DNA of 35,390 nucleotides from Nemertoderma westbladi (lineage: Eukaryota > Animalia > Xenacoelomorpha): the NCBI GenBank assembly GCA_032718475.1, contig JAUCBJ010008161.1, forward strand, positions 1-35,390, written 5' to 3'. The notes beneath the pieces are model-generated. The model ran no database searches, was not told the DNA's origin, and was given only the letters and a program-made list of their open reading frames with translations. Positions within the stretch are counted from its first letter, which is position 1, and each line of letters opens with the position of its first letter. Below, piece after piece: positions 1-11,810 of the stretch. A program made the position numbers and the translations under genes.

Positions 1-24
1 AATAATGACTTTATAGAAGTAAAG

Positions 25-405
25 GTGTCTGAGTCTGTACTCCCAGATATTCCCATTGGCGATATCTCCTTTGCAGAAGTGAAGGCTGCTGCAAAGCCGC
101 CTTGGCCGCGGCTGCCGCCTTGGCAGCGGCTGCTGCCAATCGTATCAGTGGAGTAGACGGTATCCCCCCTGAGGTCTTTAAAATACCTGAGTGTTTGAAG
201 CTCATCTATCCCATCCTAGTAGACGTGTACCGAACAACAATAAATGGAAACAAATAAGTTTGTGTCAGTTCCCAAAAATGCCAATCTAACACTCTACAGA
301 TATTACAACGTTATATGATCGCGTTTCTGTTGCTCATCGAATTATTTTCCTACATCAACAACAGAGATTGGCGCCGGTGTAATTGCATCAGATTTAGATC
401 GGGAT
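25..405 (+). pseudogene. Decayed non-LTR retrotransposon (LINE) ORF2 fragment, region just N-terminal to/at the start of RT
   Basis: Manual translation gives ISFAEVKAAAK...SGVDGIPPEVFK (GxDGIPxE motif), then after frameshifts FVSVPKNANLT and FRSG, matching the order of LINE RT N-terminal motifs. Stops and frameshifts present. Confidence 0.65.
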
Positions 406-1004
406 TTATCTCTCCCATTTCCATGGTATTTCGTCACCCATATTGAATCCCTATCAGATAATAACCATGCTGTACCAATATTTGCATTGAGAGAATTTTT
501 ATATTATTATTATATTTATTGCCATACCTAAATACAATACCGGTATTGTATATAAGGCAGTTTAGAGGCAAGCCTCTTTAACTGATAATAACTGACCTCT
601 TAAGGAGTTCAGCTGGCACTCTATCCTAATAAGTAACTACTAAATATAAATATAAAATGCATGCGTTAAATTAAATTAAATTATAAATATAATAATAAAT
701 ATATATAATGTATAATATACAGTATATATCGCACTGTATATATTTCAATAGGCATTATATTTCTTTGGTTTTCAAACCGGGAAGTGTTGAACTATATTTG
801 TATTTCGAATTTCAAGGAATATGATAAAGATTTGTATAAAAATTGGGGGTGGGGGGGGGGGGGGGGGTCCGTCTTATTAGAAAATAACAAATTACGGGTC
901 ATCGAGTTGTATGTGCTGGTGGTCGGTACTATCGGTACAACCTCTTTAGCGGCTCCGTAAAATAAATACAAAAGCGAATAAATTGAGGTGTTTCATCTGC
1001 AATA

Positions 1005-1261
1005 TAAATAATATTATAGTATAATGCTCATGAGTCGCAGCGCCATCATGCGGGCAATACAATTAACATTAACAATTGACCGTAACACTAGATGATATTA
1101 CATAGTGTACTTCCGATAACCGGAAGCAATCCTATCAGTCATCTATCATAGACCATAACCAATAACCCAACCGATTAAATAGTTCAACTAATTAATGGTA
1201 AACTGATTGTACCGGTACCGGTAGGCTACTCAATCTCTGCTTCCATCTGATTGTATGACAG
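1005..1261 (+). repeat. Dispersed direct repeat, copy 1 (upstream region of the cold-shock gene); copy 2 at ~18077-18346
   Basis: taaataatattatagtataatgctcatgagtcgcagcgccatca...tctgcttccatctgattgtatgacag is near-identical at both loci. Confidence 0.9.
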
Positions 1262-1496
1262 CCTGGTAGTCTGTTTGTGACTTATTACCGGTAGGCCTAC
1301 CCTGCTACTTCTACTGAACATCCTGACATCTACTTACTGACTTACTGTAGTACTGCAATTGCGTTACCGATCTAGACCGCAGTCAGACTGTAATTGGCCT
1401 AGCTCACCGATTAATTCAAAAATATTAGCTCACTACAGCACTACACTACATAACTTAATATCATACTGTCATAGGCCTATAATAAATTACAGAATC

Positions 1497-1763
1497 ATGG
1501 CAGTTGAAACAGGGGAATGCAAGTGGTTCAACAGCGAGAAAGGTTTTGGATTTATCACACCGGACCAAGGCGGGGACGATCTGTTCGTTCACCAGTCTCA
1601 GATACACTCTCAGGGTTATCGTTCTTTGGGAGAGGGCGAGAAGGTTGAGTTCGTTCGAATTCACGATGACCGTAACGGTAAAATGAAAGCGACCAATGTC
1701 ACCGGTCCGAACGGAGGCTATGTCCAAGGAGATTCAGGTCGTGGTGGTGGCGGTGGTAGATGA
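1497..1763 (+). CDS. Small cold-shock domain protein (88 aa) with a short Gly/Arg tail
   Basis: ATG at 1497 (atcATGg). [34 protein letters not shown]...[11 protein letters not shown] contains RNP1 (KGFGFI) and RNP2 (LFVH). The track start at 1359 is a TTG and the extension is not protein-like. Confidence 0.92.
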   Translation: MAVETGECKWFNSEKGFGFITPDQGGDDLFVHQSQIHSQGYRSLGEGEKVEFVRIHDDRNGKMKATNVTGPNGGYVQGDSGRGGGGGR

Positions 1764-2940
1764 TTGAGGGATATGATTATGTATTGTGGTGTGAAAAACA
1801 GTCTTATCATAATCTATCACACTTGTTAACCTTTTGCAGTATAACTGGATCTGGCCTAAAAACGGAATTTGTGTTGTATTCACTACCTGCTACCGGCTGA
1901 CCTGTACCAGTTTACTGCACAATACTGCAGTGACCAGTGACTGGCAGACTAGTGACTGACGTGACTTACCAGCCTACCCTCTACCTACGGAAGTACGGTA
2001 CCGGTAATTAACAGAATGAAATCGTATTTTTTTATATTAATTAGAATGGTTATTTTAGTGGTTGAGTATCTACATTTGTTGATAGATATGTACGTTAAGG
2101 ACTGCCGGCAGGCCCTAAATTACGGTACTACCGGTACGCATGTTGCCTGTTTGCCGGACATGTCATACTTTGGTTTATGGTATCAGAATTTGAATGATGT
2201 TTATGGTAGGCCTACCGGAACTCGAGTATTATAAGGTGGACATTTAACGATAGCCATAGGCCAACGGAATTACGGTAGGCCTACTGAATAATACATGTTT
2301 ATATTGTGCGCAACACATTCTAAGCAAACTCTACCTAAATTCCAAACCGGTTGTTGTATATATTATACATAGGCCACTCAAAGTCAAACACATTTACTGT
2401 AGCAATGATAATACAGTACCGTAACTGGTTCTGGTTCGCAATATTTGGGAATATGTGCAGTAACTAAGAACACAGATTTTCCCATACCGGTACCACCTGT
2501 TACATGTAAAAGTGCAATAAATTAATGTCGCAAATATTAAAAAATGTTTTTATATACAGTTGTTCCTTCTCTATGTATCTTTAAAGTTACTTAAATTCCG
2601 GAAAGATATACCTACCGATATGTATTAAATGATTATTTTCGTTTTTTTTAAGTGATATATTCCTGTATTCTTTTGTATATAAATAATATAACATTATGAA
2701 TATAATTATATACCGGTATTCCTAGTTATCGTCAGTTTTTTATTGTTCGGTATTTTTATACTGTGCAAAATTTATTTCAGATTCCATAGTTTATACTGGT
2801 AATTTGTTCCGCAATGTGGTACGGAGTTGGTAAGAGTGAATGTTAATGTTATTAATCATTATAAGGTTGTTCTAGAAAGTTTAAGTGCATAATTACAAAT
2901 AATTCCCCACAAATATATACAATTAGATTCGCCATTGTTC

Positions 2941-3061
2941 ATAATTATTATAACTTTTTGTTGGGCACAGCTTTGTAAAGTGGGCAATGACATCCAGGTG
3001 GGGACGAACTGGTGACCTCCGAGTTGGAAGTCTGACGCTCTAACCATTCAGCTAACGGCTC
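2941..3061 (-). mobile_element. tRNA-derived SINE head (Gly-TCC-like anticodon loop)
   Basis: Reverse strand reads GAGCCGTTAGCTGAATGGTTAGAGCGTCAGACTTCCAACTCGGAGGTCACCAGTTCGTCCCC, with A box TAGCTGAATGG and B-box-like GTTCG. No paired acceptor stem. A second truncated copy sharing the 3' non-tRNA sequence lies at ~7328-7413. Confidence 0.7.
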
Positions 3062-3536
3062 AGGTAAAAGGTAGACCTGGAAATACTACATGATACCTTG
3101 TATGTCCGCAATTTACCTCCTTATTGCTTCCAATCTGTCAATACCATAATCTGCTGCCACTGTGCACACTGCTTAACCCTAACTGTACTTATCCTCCTTA
3201 AACCACTTAAAATCACAACCGCAAATGAAAGGGCAGTGTATCTTAATCATGAACCATCACGGCACAATGATTAATTATTCTCTCTAACTACTATACTAAT
3301 TTAGGCAGGACAGTTACACCCTTAGAGAAATGCGACTGATATATTTTTATAATTAGAAGACCGTCAGGGCTTTTTGCTGTCAAAAAAATGTCTGTGTGTG
3401 TGTTTGTATGTTTGTGCACATTGATATTGGCTTGGCAGGGTAAGAAGTGCTCTACTTCATGGCCAAATATACAAAGCAGAGAGGGGGGTGGGGGGGGGGG
3501 GGGAGTTCGACGCAAGAACAATTTTATCCTCTCCAG

Positions 3537-5447
3537 GGGAAAATCGACGCAATGGTCGGCTATATGAATCCAATAACAATGCGTCTAACCTAATTACTGT
3601 CCCTCATTATCATGTACAGCATTTGATTGGTTAATTGGTATACTACGTACTAAATATAATAGTTGGCCAGTTATTACTATTTACTATTAATTATATATTT
3701 AATGTCTATTATTGAATTATTGTGCATGTGTTAACTATTATATATGAAAGCCGACCAGCCGACCACAGGGGACTTATGGAGGATCGCTAGAAGTCGGCTA
3801 GTTTACACGGGAGTATTTAGGTTAGGCCAAGTTCCAACCACTCTTGGGTCATGTATAAAGGCGACTATTCGACCCAGTGAACTGAGAGAAAGTCGCAAGT
3901 GGTCGGCTGTTCGGCTTACATATATCATCATAGGCCAATAATAGACTATATGGAGGGTCGCTAAAAGTCGCAAAACTTTATATGTAGACTATAGGTGGAG
4001 CCGACTTTGCCGACCAATTCGACTCTTCCGACCACCTCTTGGGCCGTGTATAAAGGCGACTATTCGACCCAGTGAACTGAGGATAAGTCGCAAGTGGTCG
4101 GCAGTTTGGCTTACATATATAATCATATGTAGGTCTACAATAGGCGACTATTTGACCCAGTGAACTGAGAGTAAGTCGCAAGTGGTCGGTAGTTCGGCTT
4201 ATAACATCATAGTTCTACAATAGACTATATGGAGGGTCGCTAAAAGTCGCAAAACTTTATATGTAGACTGTGGGTGGAGCCGACTTTGCCGATCAATTCG
4301 ACTCTTCCGACCACCCCTGTGCCTGTATATAATATATCTAAGCCGACCACTTGCGACTTACCCTCAGTTTATTGGGTAGAATAGTCGCCTTTATACACGG
4401 CCCAAGATGTGGTCGGAGGAGTCGAATTTGTCGGCAGGGTCGGCTCCACTACTACTAGGATCGGCATGCTGCATTGCAGCTGCATTTTTAAGAATGCTGT
4501 GCCGGCTTGTCAACAAAATCGCACCGCCACAACTCCCTATCACCCATGACATTTGCTAGATCATCCGCATCTTTAAGGCCAGTGTCCTTTAAGATGCGTC
4601 TCAAGAAAGTCATGGGCTGTCCACCATGCTTATTCACTCCATGAGGCTGCCAAAGTACAAGATTATGTACTGGCTGGTCCTCACGGCGAAAGCAATGTCC
4701 TGCAAAGCGGAGGCGATTTTGTTCTAGTGTCAAGCTTGGGGGAACCAATCAGACACCTCCAATGTTATATAGTGTCTGGTTGGAGATGTGTGCATTGTAC
4801 TTGACACAATGAACCCGGCGTAGCATTCTTGTGAATGTGCCATCCAGAGATTTGGTGTCCTCAGCAGTTAGAGCCCAGCATGGACTCCCGTAGAGGAGTA
4901 CTGGAACTACTGCTGCTCTAAATAATCGGACCTTAAGTTTCCGATTAATTCTAGGTGACTTCCAAATCCTGGAAAGCCTATTCAAGGCTGCCCATGCCTT
5001 TCCCTTACGTATTCGAAGGTCCTCACCTGACTTCCGGATCCACAGCATTGTCGGCTCCACCTATAGTCTACATATAACGTTTTGCGACTTTTAGCGACCC
5101 TCCATATTTATACTGTATATTTAAGCCGAACTGCCGACCACTTGCGACTTACTCTCAGTTCACTGGGTCGATTAGTGTCCTTTATACCTGTATAACATAC
5201 AGTATATAAGAATAATATAATTATCATATAAATAGTATTACTGAACAGTAGATAAAGTACATTTAGTACTTTATTAATTAAGAAATTATTATTTAGCCGT
5301 ACAATAAGCATTACACCAATCATATTGCCTAAAACGTGATGAGTTATAGTTAATTAGACAAGAAGGCTTGTGATAGGCCGCGACCTGCCGACTGGGTGCG
5401 ACCATTAGTCGCCAAAAGGGTCGATTGGGATTTGCGTCGAGTTTCCC
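3537..5447. mobile_element. Foldback/MITE-like non-autonomous element with modular internal repeats, interrupted by a LINE
   Basis: Terminal inverted repeats gggaaaatcgacgcaa (3537-3552) and ttgcgtcgagtttccc (5432-5447). The module ggcgactattcgacccagtgaactgag..aagtcgcaagtggtcgg is direct at ~3860, ~4055 and ~4143, and inverted at ~4341-4400 and ~5125-5185. No clear TSD. Confidence 0.6.
4450..5049 (-). mobile_element. 5'-truncated RTE-like LINE copy with (GTA)n tail and 11-bp TSD
   Basis: Encodes the post-RT C-terminus (KLKVRLFRAAVVPVLLYGS...RLRFAGHCFR) with one premature TGA at 4749-4751. TSD gtcggctccac at 4439-4449 and 5050-5060. Near-identical to 9530-10127. Confidence 0.9.
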
Positions 5448-6047
5448 TCCCCTGTCTCATACAAAGAAATGTATCGATTATTTGGGTTCTTATTTCGGTT
5501 ATTAATTATTTAAGCGGGTAAAATTAAGCTCTTGCTGTACAAAAATAGCACGGGTCGATTCGCCGTGTCCCATTCTCACAAAGTTTTTATTTTATTCGAG
5601 TGTTTAATATAAAGATGTATGATTATTTATTGATTGAAAATAAAATAGTGTATAAATATGTAATATTCCCTCACGCAGCCTGAACTTTGCCTATGGTAGC
5701 GAATAGGGAAGGATTTTCTCTGTATCATAGCAATGTTGTATAATTATTTAACTCTGGCTAGCTGGGAAGACAGGTAGCAAACTCGCCGGAGTGTTGAGTG
5801 TGTCTCAGTAAATCCAATGGTTGGGGTGGGTTGTCTATTGAGAACTCCGAACTGGTCATGGCATTAATTCTGCTTTCTCCAAGGCTGCATGGAGGGTGGG
5901 AGGGGTTTACATATTGATTGCGATTGATATTTGATTGGGGATTAGATTATCATTTAGTTTTTCGGTTTTGTTGTGGGGCGAGCCACGAAGTTGGCGGAGC
6001 CTTAGCGAATTGACACTGTTAGGGGGTGGGTCAATTTATGCAAATAG

Positions 6048-6050
6048 TTG

Positions 6051-6112
<62 letters not shown>

Positions 6113-6117
6113 GTCGT
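6048..6117 (+). repeat. (GTC)n microsatellite
   Basis: Directly visible run of gtc with occasional gtt interruptions. Confidence 0.95.
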
Positions 6118-6229
6118 TACGATTTTGACATGCTAATAACTTTGTCGGATTTAAAGCTGCCAAGTTGAAAATTTGTAGGTATCAATATGAGCAAAAGTTG
6201 AGATTTTTGAGAGACTTTCAGACACCATC

Positions 6230-7145
6230 AGTGCAATGGTCTCCCGCTAGAGGGCCACATGTCTAAACATTAAATGGCCACCCATTTCTTTGCTTTTAAT
6301 CCGTTTAAGCTGAAACTTGGGAAGTATGTACTAGACCATTAGCTGTAAATTTCAAAGGAGGCTAATCTGTCTGCAGTTCTCCAGTCTGCCGCTAGAGGGC
6401 GAAATGTCCCGAATGTGAAATTATTCTTCCATTTAGTTGTTTATGATCTGATTACGCTGAAACTTGTCATATATGTACTAGATGACATCCTGAGTCTTTG
6501 TGTGGATTGTAATCGGTCCGAAGTTTTCCAGTCTGCCGCTAGAGGGCCACATGTCTAAACATTAAATGGCCACCCATTTCTTTGCTTTTAATCCGTTTAA
6601 GCTGAAACTTGGGAAGTATGTACTAGACCATTAGCTGTAAATTTCAAAGGAGGCTAATCTGTCTGCAGTTCTCCAGTCTGCCGCTAGAGGGCGAAATGTC
6701 CCGAATGTGAAATTATTCTTCCATTTAGTTGTTTATGATCTGATTACGCTGAAACTTGTCATATATGTACTAGAAGACATCCTAAGTCTTTGTGTGGACA
6801 GTAATCGGTCCGGAGTTTTCGAGTCTGCCGCTAGAGGGCGAAATGTAGGAAAGTGATAACCTTCGCGAATTCCTTGATCTTAATCTATTTAAGCTGAATT
6901 TTGGAATATACAGTACCGGTATGTACTAGACCACATGCCTCGTCTTTGTGAGGAAGGTGATCGATCCGTAGTTCTTTAATATGCCGCTAGAGGGCTAAAT
7001 GTATGAAAGTGAAAACCTTCCAACATTTCGTTATTTATGATCCGTCAATCGGAAACTTGGTAGATATGTAATAGACCATAGGCTGTGGCTTTGTAGGGAA
7101 ACTAATCCTTCCTTCTTCAGTTACCCAGTCTCCCGCTAGAGGGTT
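6230..7145 (+). repeat. Tandem ~147-bp repeats (292-bp dimer higher order), each carrying a CTCF-like core CCGCTAGAGGG(C)
   Basis: Core starts at 6244, 6389, 6536, 6681, 6828, 6984 and 7133. 6244-6535 is nearly identical to 6536-6827. Confidence 0.9.
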
Positions 7146-7290
7146 AACGTTTTCCGGGAAAATCTGCTCCTATGTTTTTATAATCCTTTCGAGTTGATAC
7201 TTAGCATTAACTCATTTCACGTGCTGCGCGAAGGCCCCACTTCGTGTCTTATAGACGGTCTTCTTATAGCCAGCTTGCTGGCTTTCTAGT

Positions 7291-7458
7291 TTATTACTGG
7301 TGTTTTGGGTGAATGAGTGGTTTAATATAATTATAACTTTTGTTGGGCACAACTTTGCAAAGTCGACAATGACGTCCAGGTGGGATCGAACTGGTGACCT
7401 CTGGGTTGGAAGTTATAATAATATGAAACCACTTATTCACCCAAAACACCAGTAATAA
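7291..7458. repeat. Inverted repeat (~49-bp arms) enclosing a truncated SINE copy
   Basis: ttattactggtgttttgggtgaatgagtggttt... pairs with ...aaaccacttattcacccaaaacaccagtaataa. Confidence 0.85.
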
Positions 7459-8289
7459 ATTATAAAAATAAAAATAATTGGCACTTTAAATCTTTTACGG
7501 ACGCAAACGCTATAAAGTGCTATTTACAATGACGTATATACAGTAGTTAAATTAATTAAAAAATATTGGTTCAGTAATATACTGGGACTTGGATGCTACA
7601 AAACCCCTGTAATTGATCTCTTTATTTATTATCTTTATTATTTACTTAACGTCACTCAATTTATATTACTAGGCGTCCTATGGGTTGGGCACATGTAGCT
7701 GTAATACAGTACATAAGGTGTAAAAGCTTTTGCGGATACTGTATAACAGGTCATTTTTCTCCGCAATATACTGTGTAGGTGTTTTAGCGGACATAACAAG
7801 CCATTTTCTCCGCAATGCGCTTAATACTCTAAAGACTGTAACTCAAATGACGAAATCTGTCAGCTGATTTACTGTAAACGTGGCACATCTCTTTGTTCAG
7901 CTCGCTCAGCTCAGCCAATCAGAGCGATTTTCATTTTATCTTGTACAGAGGCCTACGGAAAACCGCGCAATGCATTACGGTCTTTGTTTACCTTTCTGAG
8001 CGAGAACAACTGCTTGGAAATTCTTCTGTACTTCTGTGTTGGAAGTTTCAGACTTTGACCTAAACATCAGAAACATCAGATGGCTTTGATTACAAGAACG
8101 TAAAACTATTAACTGAATCATTGCTGAATCATACTTCATATCTGAATCACTGAAACGCGGCACTACGCAACGCGATTCAACTACCGCATCACACCACAAT
8201 TCATGCATTGCTGCACATGGAACACTGCATAAGTAACACATACTGACTGTTCACCGCATTATTTGATTCTGTTATTAATTGGTGTTATG

Positions 8290-8916
8290 TTGGTGTATAA
8301 TGCTGATATATTTGGAGAATACCGATGAATAATCATAAAACCCCAATCTTCTTGATTACTAAAGGTTAGAGGAACAGGTTTACCGGTAGCAACTGCGACT
8401 TACATTATAGTGGTTTTTGTGTGAATTGAATGCTATTTCATAATCCCTACATGTGTCAGTTGCGATCCTCCTTATATATGATCAAATTCAGTGACGGTCG
8501 GCAGATCAGTGCGCAGTAGTGTGAACTAGTGTGAAGTCGTGTGAAGTAGTGTGAAGGTTAATAAAGCATCTCCTAAAGAATGCGCTTTTTACGAAACTCA
8601 GTAGCCATCCAGTTGTGATTAGTATAAGTCATAACTCTGTTTTATACTTAAAGCGCCACGTCCTAAAGGAACTGTTAATATTTCCCCGAAAGTAAATATA
8701 TTGTCAGAAATTGTATATTAAAGATCAATCGAATAATACAGTAGGTCTACACTGCAATCACTATCAAAGCATCCGAATCCAGTCTCCCTTAACTGTGGGT
8801 GAATGGTCGCGCACAGGCTGGCTTCGGCTGATGTATCTTCAGTACATTAAATAATTGATATACAAAAAGACAATTAAAATTGGCAGGTTAAACTGCTAAA
8901 GGTCTAAAAGCGCACA
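8290..8916 (-). repeat. Dispersed repeat family, copy 1 (unclassified TE remnant); other copies at 14678-14878 (+) and 18347-18981 (+)
   Basis: Reverse complement matches 14678-14878 almost exactly and 18347-18981 more loosely (e.g. gaaatattaacagttcctttaggacgtggcgct). All three copies share the same terminus, tgt(t)cgcgcttt. This copy may extend further left. Confidence 0.8.
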
Positions 8917-9335
8917 TTAATAGTTTTAAACTCTTGATTGCACGTAGGCAATAAATATTTTGTCTATTGTTCTGGTAAGAACAATAATAGATTTCTAGAT
9001 TCTTTATTGCACCGTAGGCAATAAAGTCGAAGGTACCGGTCGAACGGTAAGCTGTAGGCCTAACTGCCCAACTGCAGAACTGCCCGAACCGGTACTTACA
9101 GATACAACAGTATTATTCGATTTTAATAATTATATACCGGTAGGTCTTGATATTTAATCAGGGATGCCTGGTTTTTATTGGGATTTTACTTATTTCTGTC
9201 AGTTTTATTTATTTGTAAGTGTAATATTGAGCAGAAGGCGTGTAAGCCTGCTCAGATTGTATAAATAATTTATAGGCTGGATTGTTGTCTGACTGTTGTT
9301 AAGTCTGAAGAGATTGCAGTGTGTGTAGAGTGTAT

Positions 9336-10127
9336 TAGAGGGAGCCCAACGGTCCTCAGCTCATTAGAACATGCTGCTTCTAGTGTTGGTCTTTTTATTA
9401 ACTCTAGAAAGACCAAAATTCTGACAGTTAACTTTGAAAGTCCTCAGCAAGTCTCTGATCGGATGAGCATAAGCTCAAAGGATGGTATGCTTGAGCATGT
9501 GGACGACTTCTGTTACCTGGGATCATTGATCCGGAAGTCAGGTGAGGACCTTCGAATACGTAAGGGAAAGGCATGGGCAGCCTTGAATAGGCTTTCCAGG
9601 ATTTGGAAGTCACCGAGAATTAATCGGAAACTTAAGGTCCGATTATTTAGAGCAGCAGTAGTTCCAGTACTCCTCTACGGGAGTCCATGCTGGGCTCTAA
9701 CTGCTGAGGACACCAAATCTCTGGATGGCACATTCACAAGAATGCTACGCCGGGTTCATTGTGTCAAGTACACTGTACACATCTCCAACCAGACACTATA
9801 TAACATTGGAGGTGTCTCATTGGTTCCCCCAAGCTTGACACTTGAACAAAATCGCCTCCGCTTTGCAGGACATTGCTTTCGCCGTGAGGACCAGCCAGTG
9901 CATAATCTTGTACTTTGGCAGCCTCATGGAGTGAATAAGCATGGTGGACAGCCCATGACTTTCTTGTGACGCATCTTAAAGGACACTGGCCTTAAAGACG
10001 CGGATGATCTAGCAAATGTCATGGGTGATAGGGAGTTGTGGCGGTGCAATTTTGTTGACAAGCCGGCACAGCGTTCTTAAAAATGCAGCTGCAATGCAGC
10101 ATGCCGATCCTAGTAGTAGTAGTAGTA
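9336..10127 (+). mobile_element. 5'-truncated RTE-like LINE copy (late RT to C-terminus) with (TAG)n tail and 11-bp TSD
   Basis: VGLFINSRKTK...VDDFCYLGS...LLYGS...RLRFAGHCFR. Premature TGA at 9967-9969 (AGA in the other copy), native TAA at 10078-10080, ~30-nt 3' UTR. TSD gtagagtgtat at 9325-9335 and 10128-10138. Confidence 0.92.
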
Positions 10128-11296
10128 GTAGAGTGTATGTCCGATAAAGTACTAGTTAGGAAGGTGGGGGCATCCAGTGCTGTAAGGTAAATCCGCCCCG
10201 AAAGAATAAGTCGTACTACTCGGTTAGAACGCATACTAACTAACCATTTCGGAGTCTGCATATACTGGAGTTTATTTAGGCTTGATAGTAGTCTGCCAGC
10301 GTTTGGTCTGTATTTTGTTTGTGTAGTCTGCACGGGTAGCGTATTTATTTATTATTCAGAGTATATGCGAGTATTCGCAACATACATAACTCCCCAAGTT
10401 TATTCCTACAGTAATTGTGCTTGTTATACATACCGTTATAGTTAAATTAACCCCGGTACTGGGCTGCTTGGCGTAGGTAAAGACTGGTGATTTTATGCTC
10501 TAGTCACTCCAGCAGATACCGAGGTTCTTTTAGCTGTACAAGTATATTTAACTGCTGGTTATTTGTTGTATAAGTACTTGTACCTAATTTAGGGTTTAGT
10601 GTACAATACTTTCCGAAGATAATTAGTGTGTAGGCAGTATATTTGTGTTGTAAAGTGGTTAATAGGCACGTTAGCTCTGGTTAGCTGCGGTAATTAACTT
10701 CTAGGTAAGAACACTCCGGGTACATAACGTAGTACTTATAGAGCTGTACAGCTAAAGACTATAAGTCATCAGACGGTGGTATTTTCTTATCTGGACAACG
10801 CAATTTATTTACTACTGCTTAATTATTTTCAAATACCGTAGTATCCTGTCCGTTGTAATAACCAGAAATTCTAACTCTTGTTAGGCTGGTTTGTAGATTT
10901 CCTGTAAAATTACCCTAAAATTTGTACATGTAATTTTTGTGTTTATTTAGAGATTGTAATCTCACCCCGTAATTGTACGTAATTTGTAGTAATAAGTAAC
11001 TTAGTCAAGTAGAATTATTTGTTTTAGTGTCCAACAAGTAGCACTTCACTGAGAGCGTTCAGCTTCGGTGTAGTGACTCCTTACCAGAAATAATAACATT
11101 TATTTCAAATATTGTCAAAAACCCATTATAAGGGTATATATATATTATAAATCAACTCAAACCGATTTATAAAATAGTAGGCCTGTCATACATCAATTAG
11201 GTCTTAATATCAGTTGGACTACTGCTTAATAACAGTAACAAAGTAAAGAAAAGTAACCCTAAAATTCAGAAATTCAGTTATTGTAAAATAATTGAC

Positions 11297-11672
11297 ATAC
11301 CGGTATTTACTATAGGCTTATTATATTTATTTATATAAATTTATGCTGAAATTATATACCGGTATTCTGTAATTAATTCTAGTCTATAATTATACTTATA
11401 TATACTATAAGTGTAAGCTATATACCGGTATTCACGGTAGGCTTATTATATATTTATATATATTTATGCTGAAATTATATACTGGTATTCTGTAATTAAT
11501 TCTAGTCTATAATTATACTTATATATACTATAAGTATAAGCTGTATACCGGTATTCACGGTAGGCTTATTATATATTTATATATATTTATGCTGAAATTA
11601 TATACCGGTATTCTGTGACAAACCCTAGTCTGTAATAATACTTATATATATACTATAGGTGTATACCGGTAT
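11297..11672 (+). repeat. AT-rich tandem repeat, ~124-bp unit, about 3 copies
   Basis: ggcttattatat...atttatgctgaaattatataccggtattctgt recurs at ~11314, ~11440 and ~11563. Confidence 0.85.
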
Positions 11673-11810
11673 CCTAATATATTATATATATATCGCGTTA
11701 CATTGAGTAACGATATCGGTAATTAATTACTAGGCTTACAGTTGATCCTGAATTACTAGACTTGCTTTAACTGTCATTATAGTAGTAGGCATTCAACTGT
11801 ACAATCAAAC

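Larger units (their letters stand above)
5953..7289 (+). mobile_element. Non-autonomous Helitron/Helentron (DINE-1/HINE-like) element with internal tandem repeats
   Basis: 5' part followed by a (GTC)n microsatellite (6048-6117), internal ~147-bp repeats, short inverted match cacgaagt/acttcgtg (~5982/~7237), 3' hairpin gccagc-tt-gctggc (7269-7282) and terminal CTAG (7286-7289). The same 3' end recurs at ~22900-22938 (+) and ~33962-33985 (-). The 5' boundary is approximate. Confidence 0.7.

Noticed and set aside
1359-1496. N-terminal extension of the CSP in the ORF track
   Set aside because: TTG start in a eukaryote; the ATG at 1497 immediately precedes the domain.
2989-3061. Functional tRNA-Gly gene
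   Set aside because: Acceptor and T stems do not pair, and a second copy shares non-tRNA flank, indicating a SINE.
5935-6168. Arg-rich protamine-like ORF
   Set aside because: It is the translation of the (GTC)n microsatellite and lacks an ATG start.
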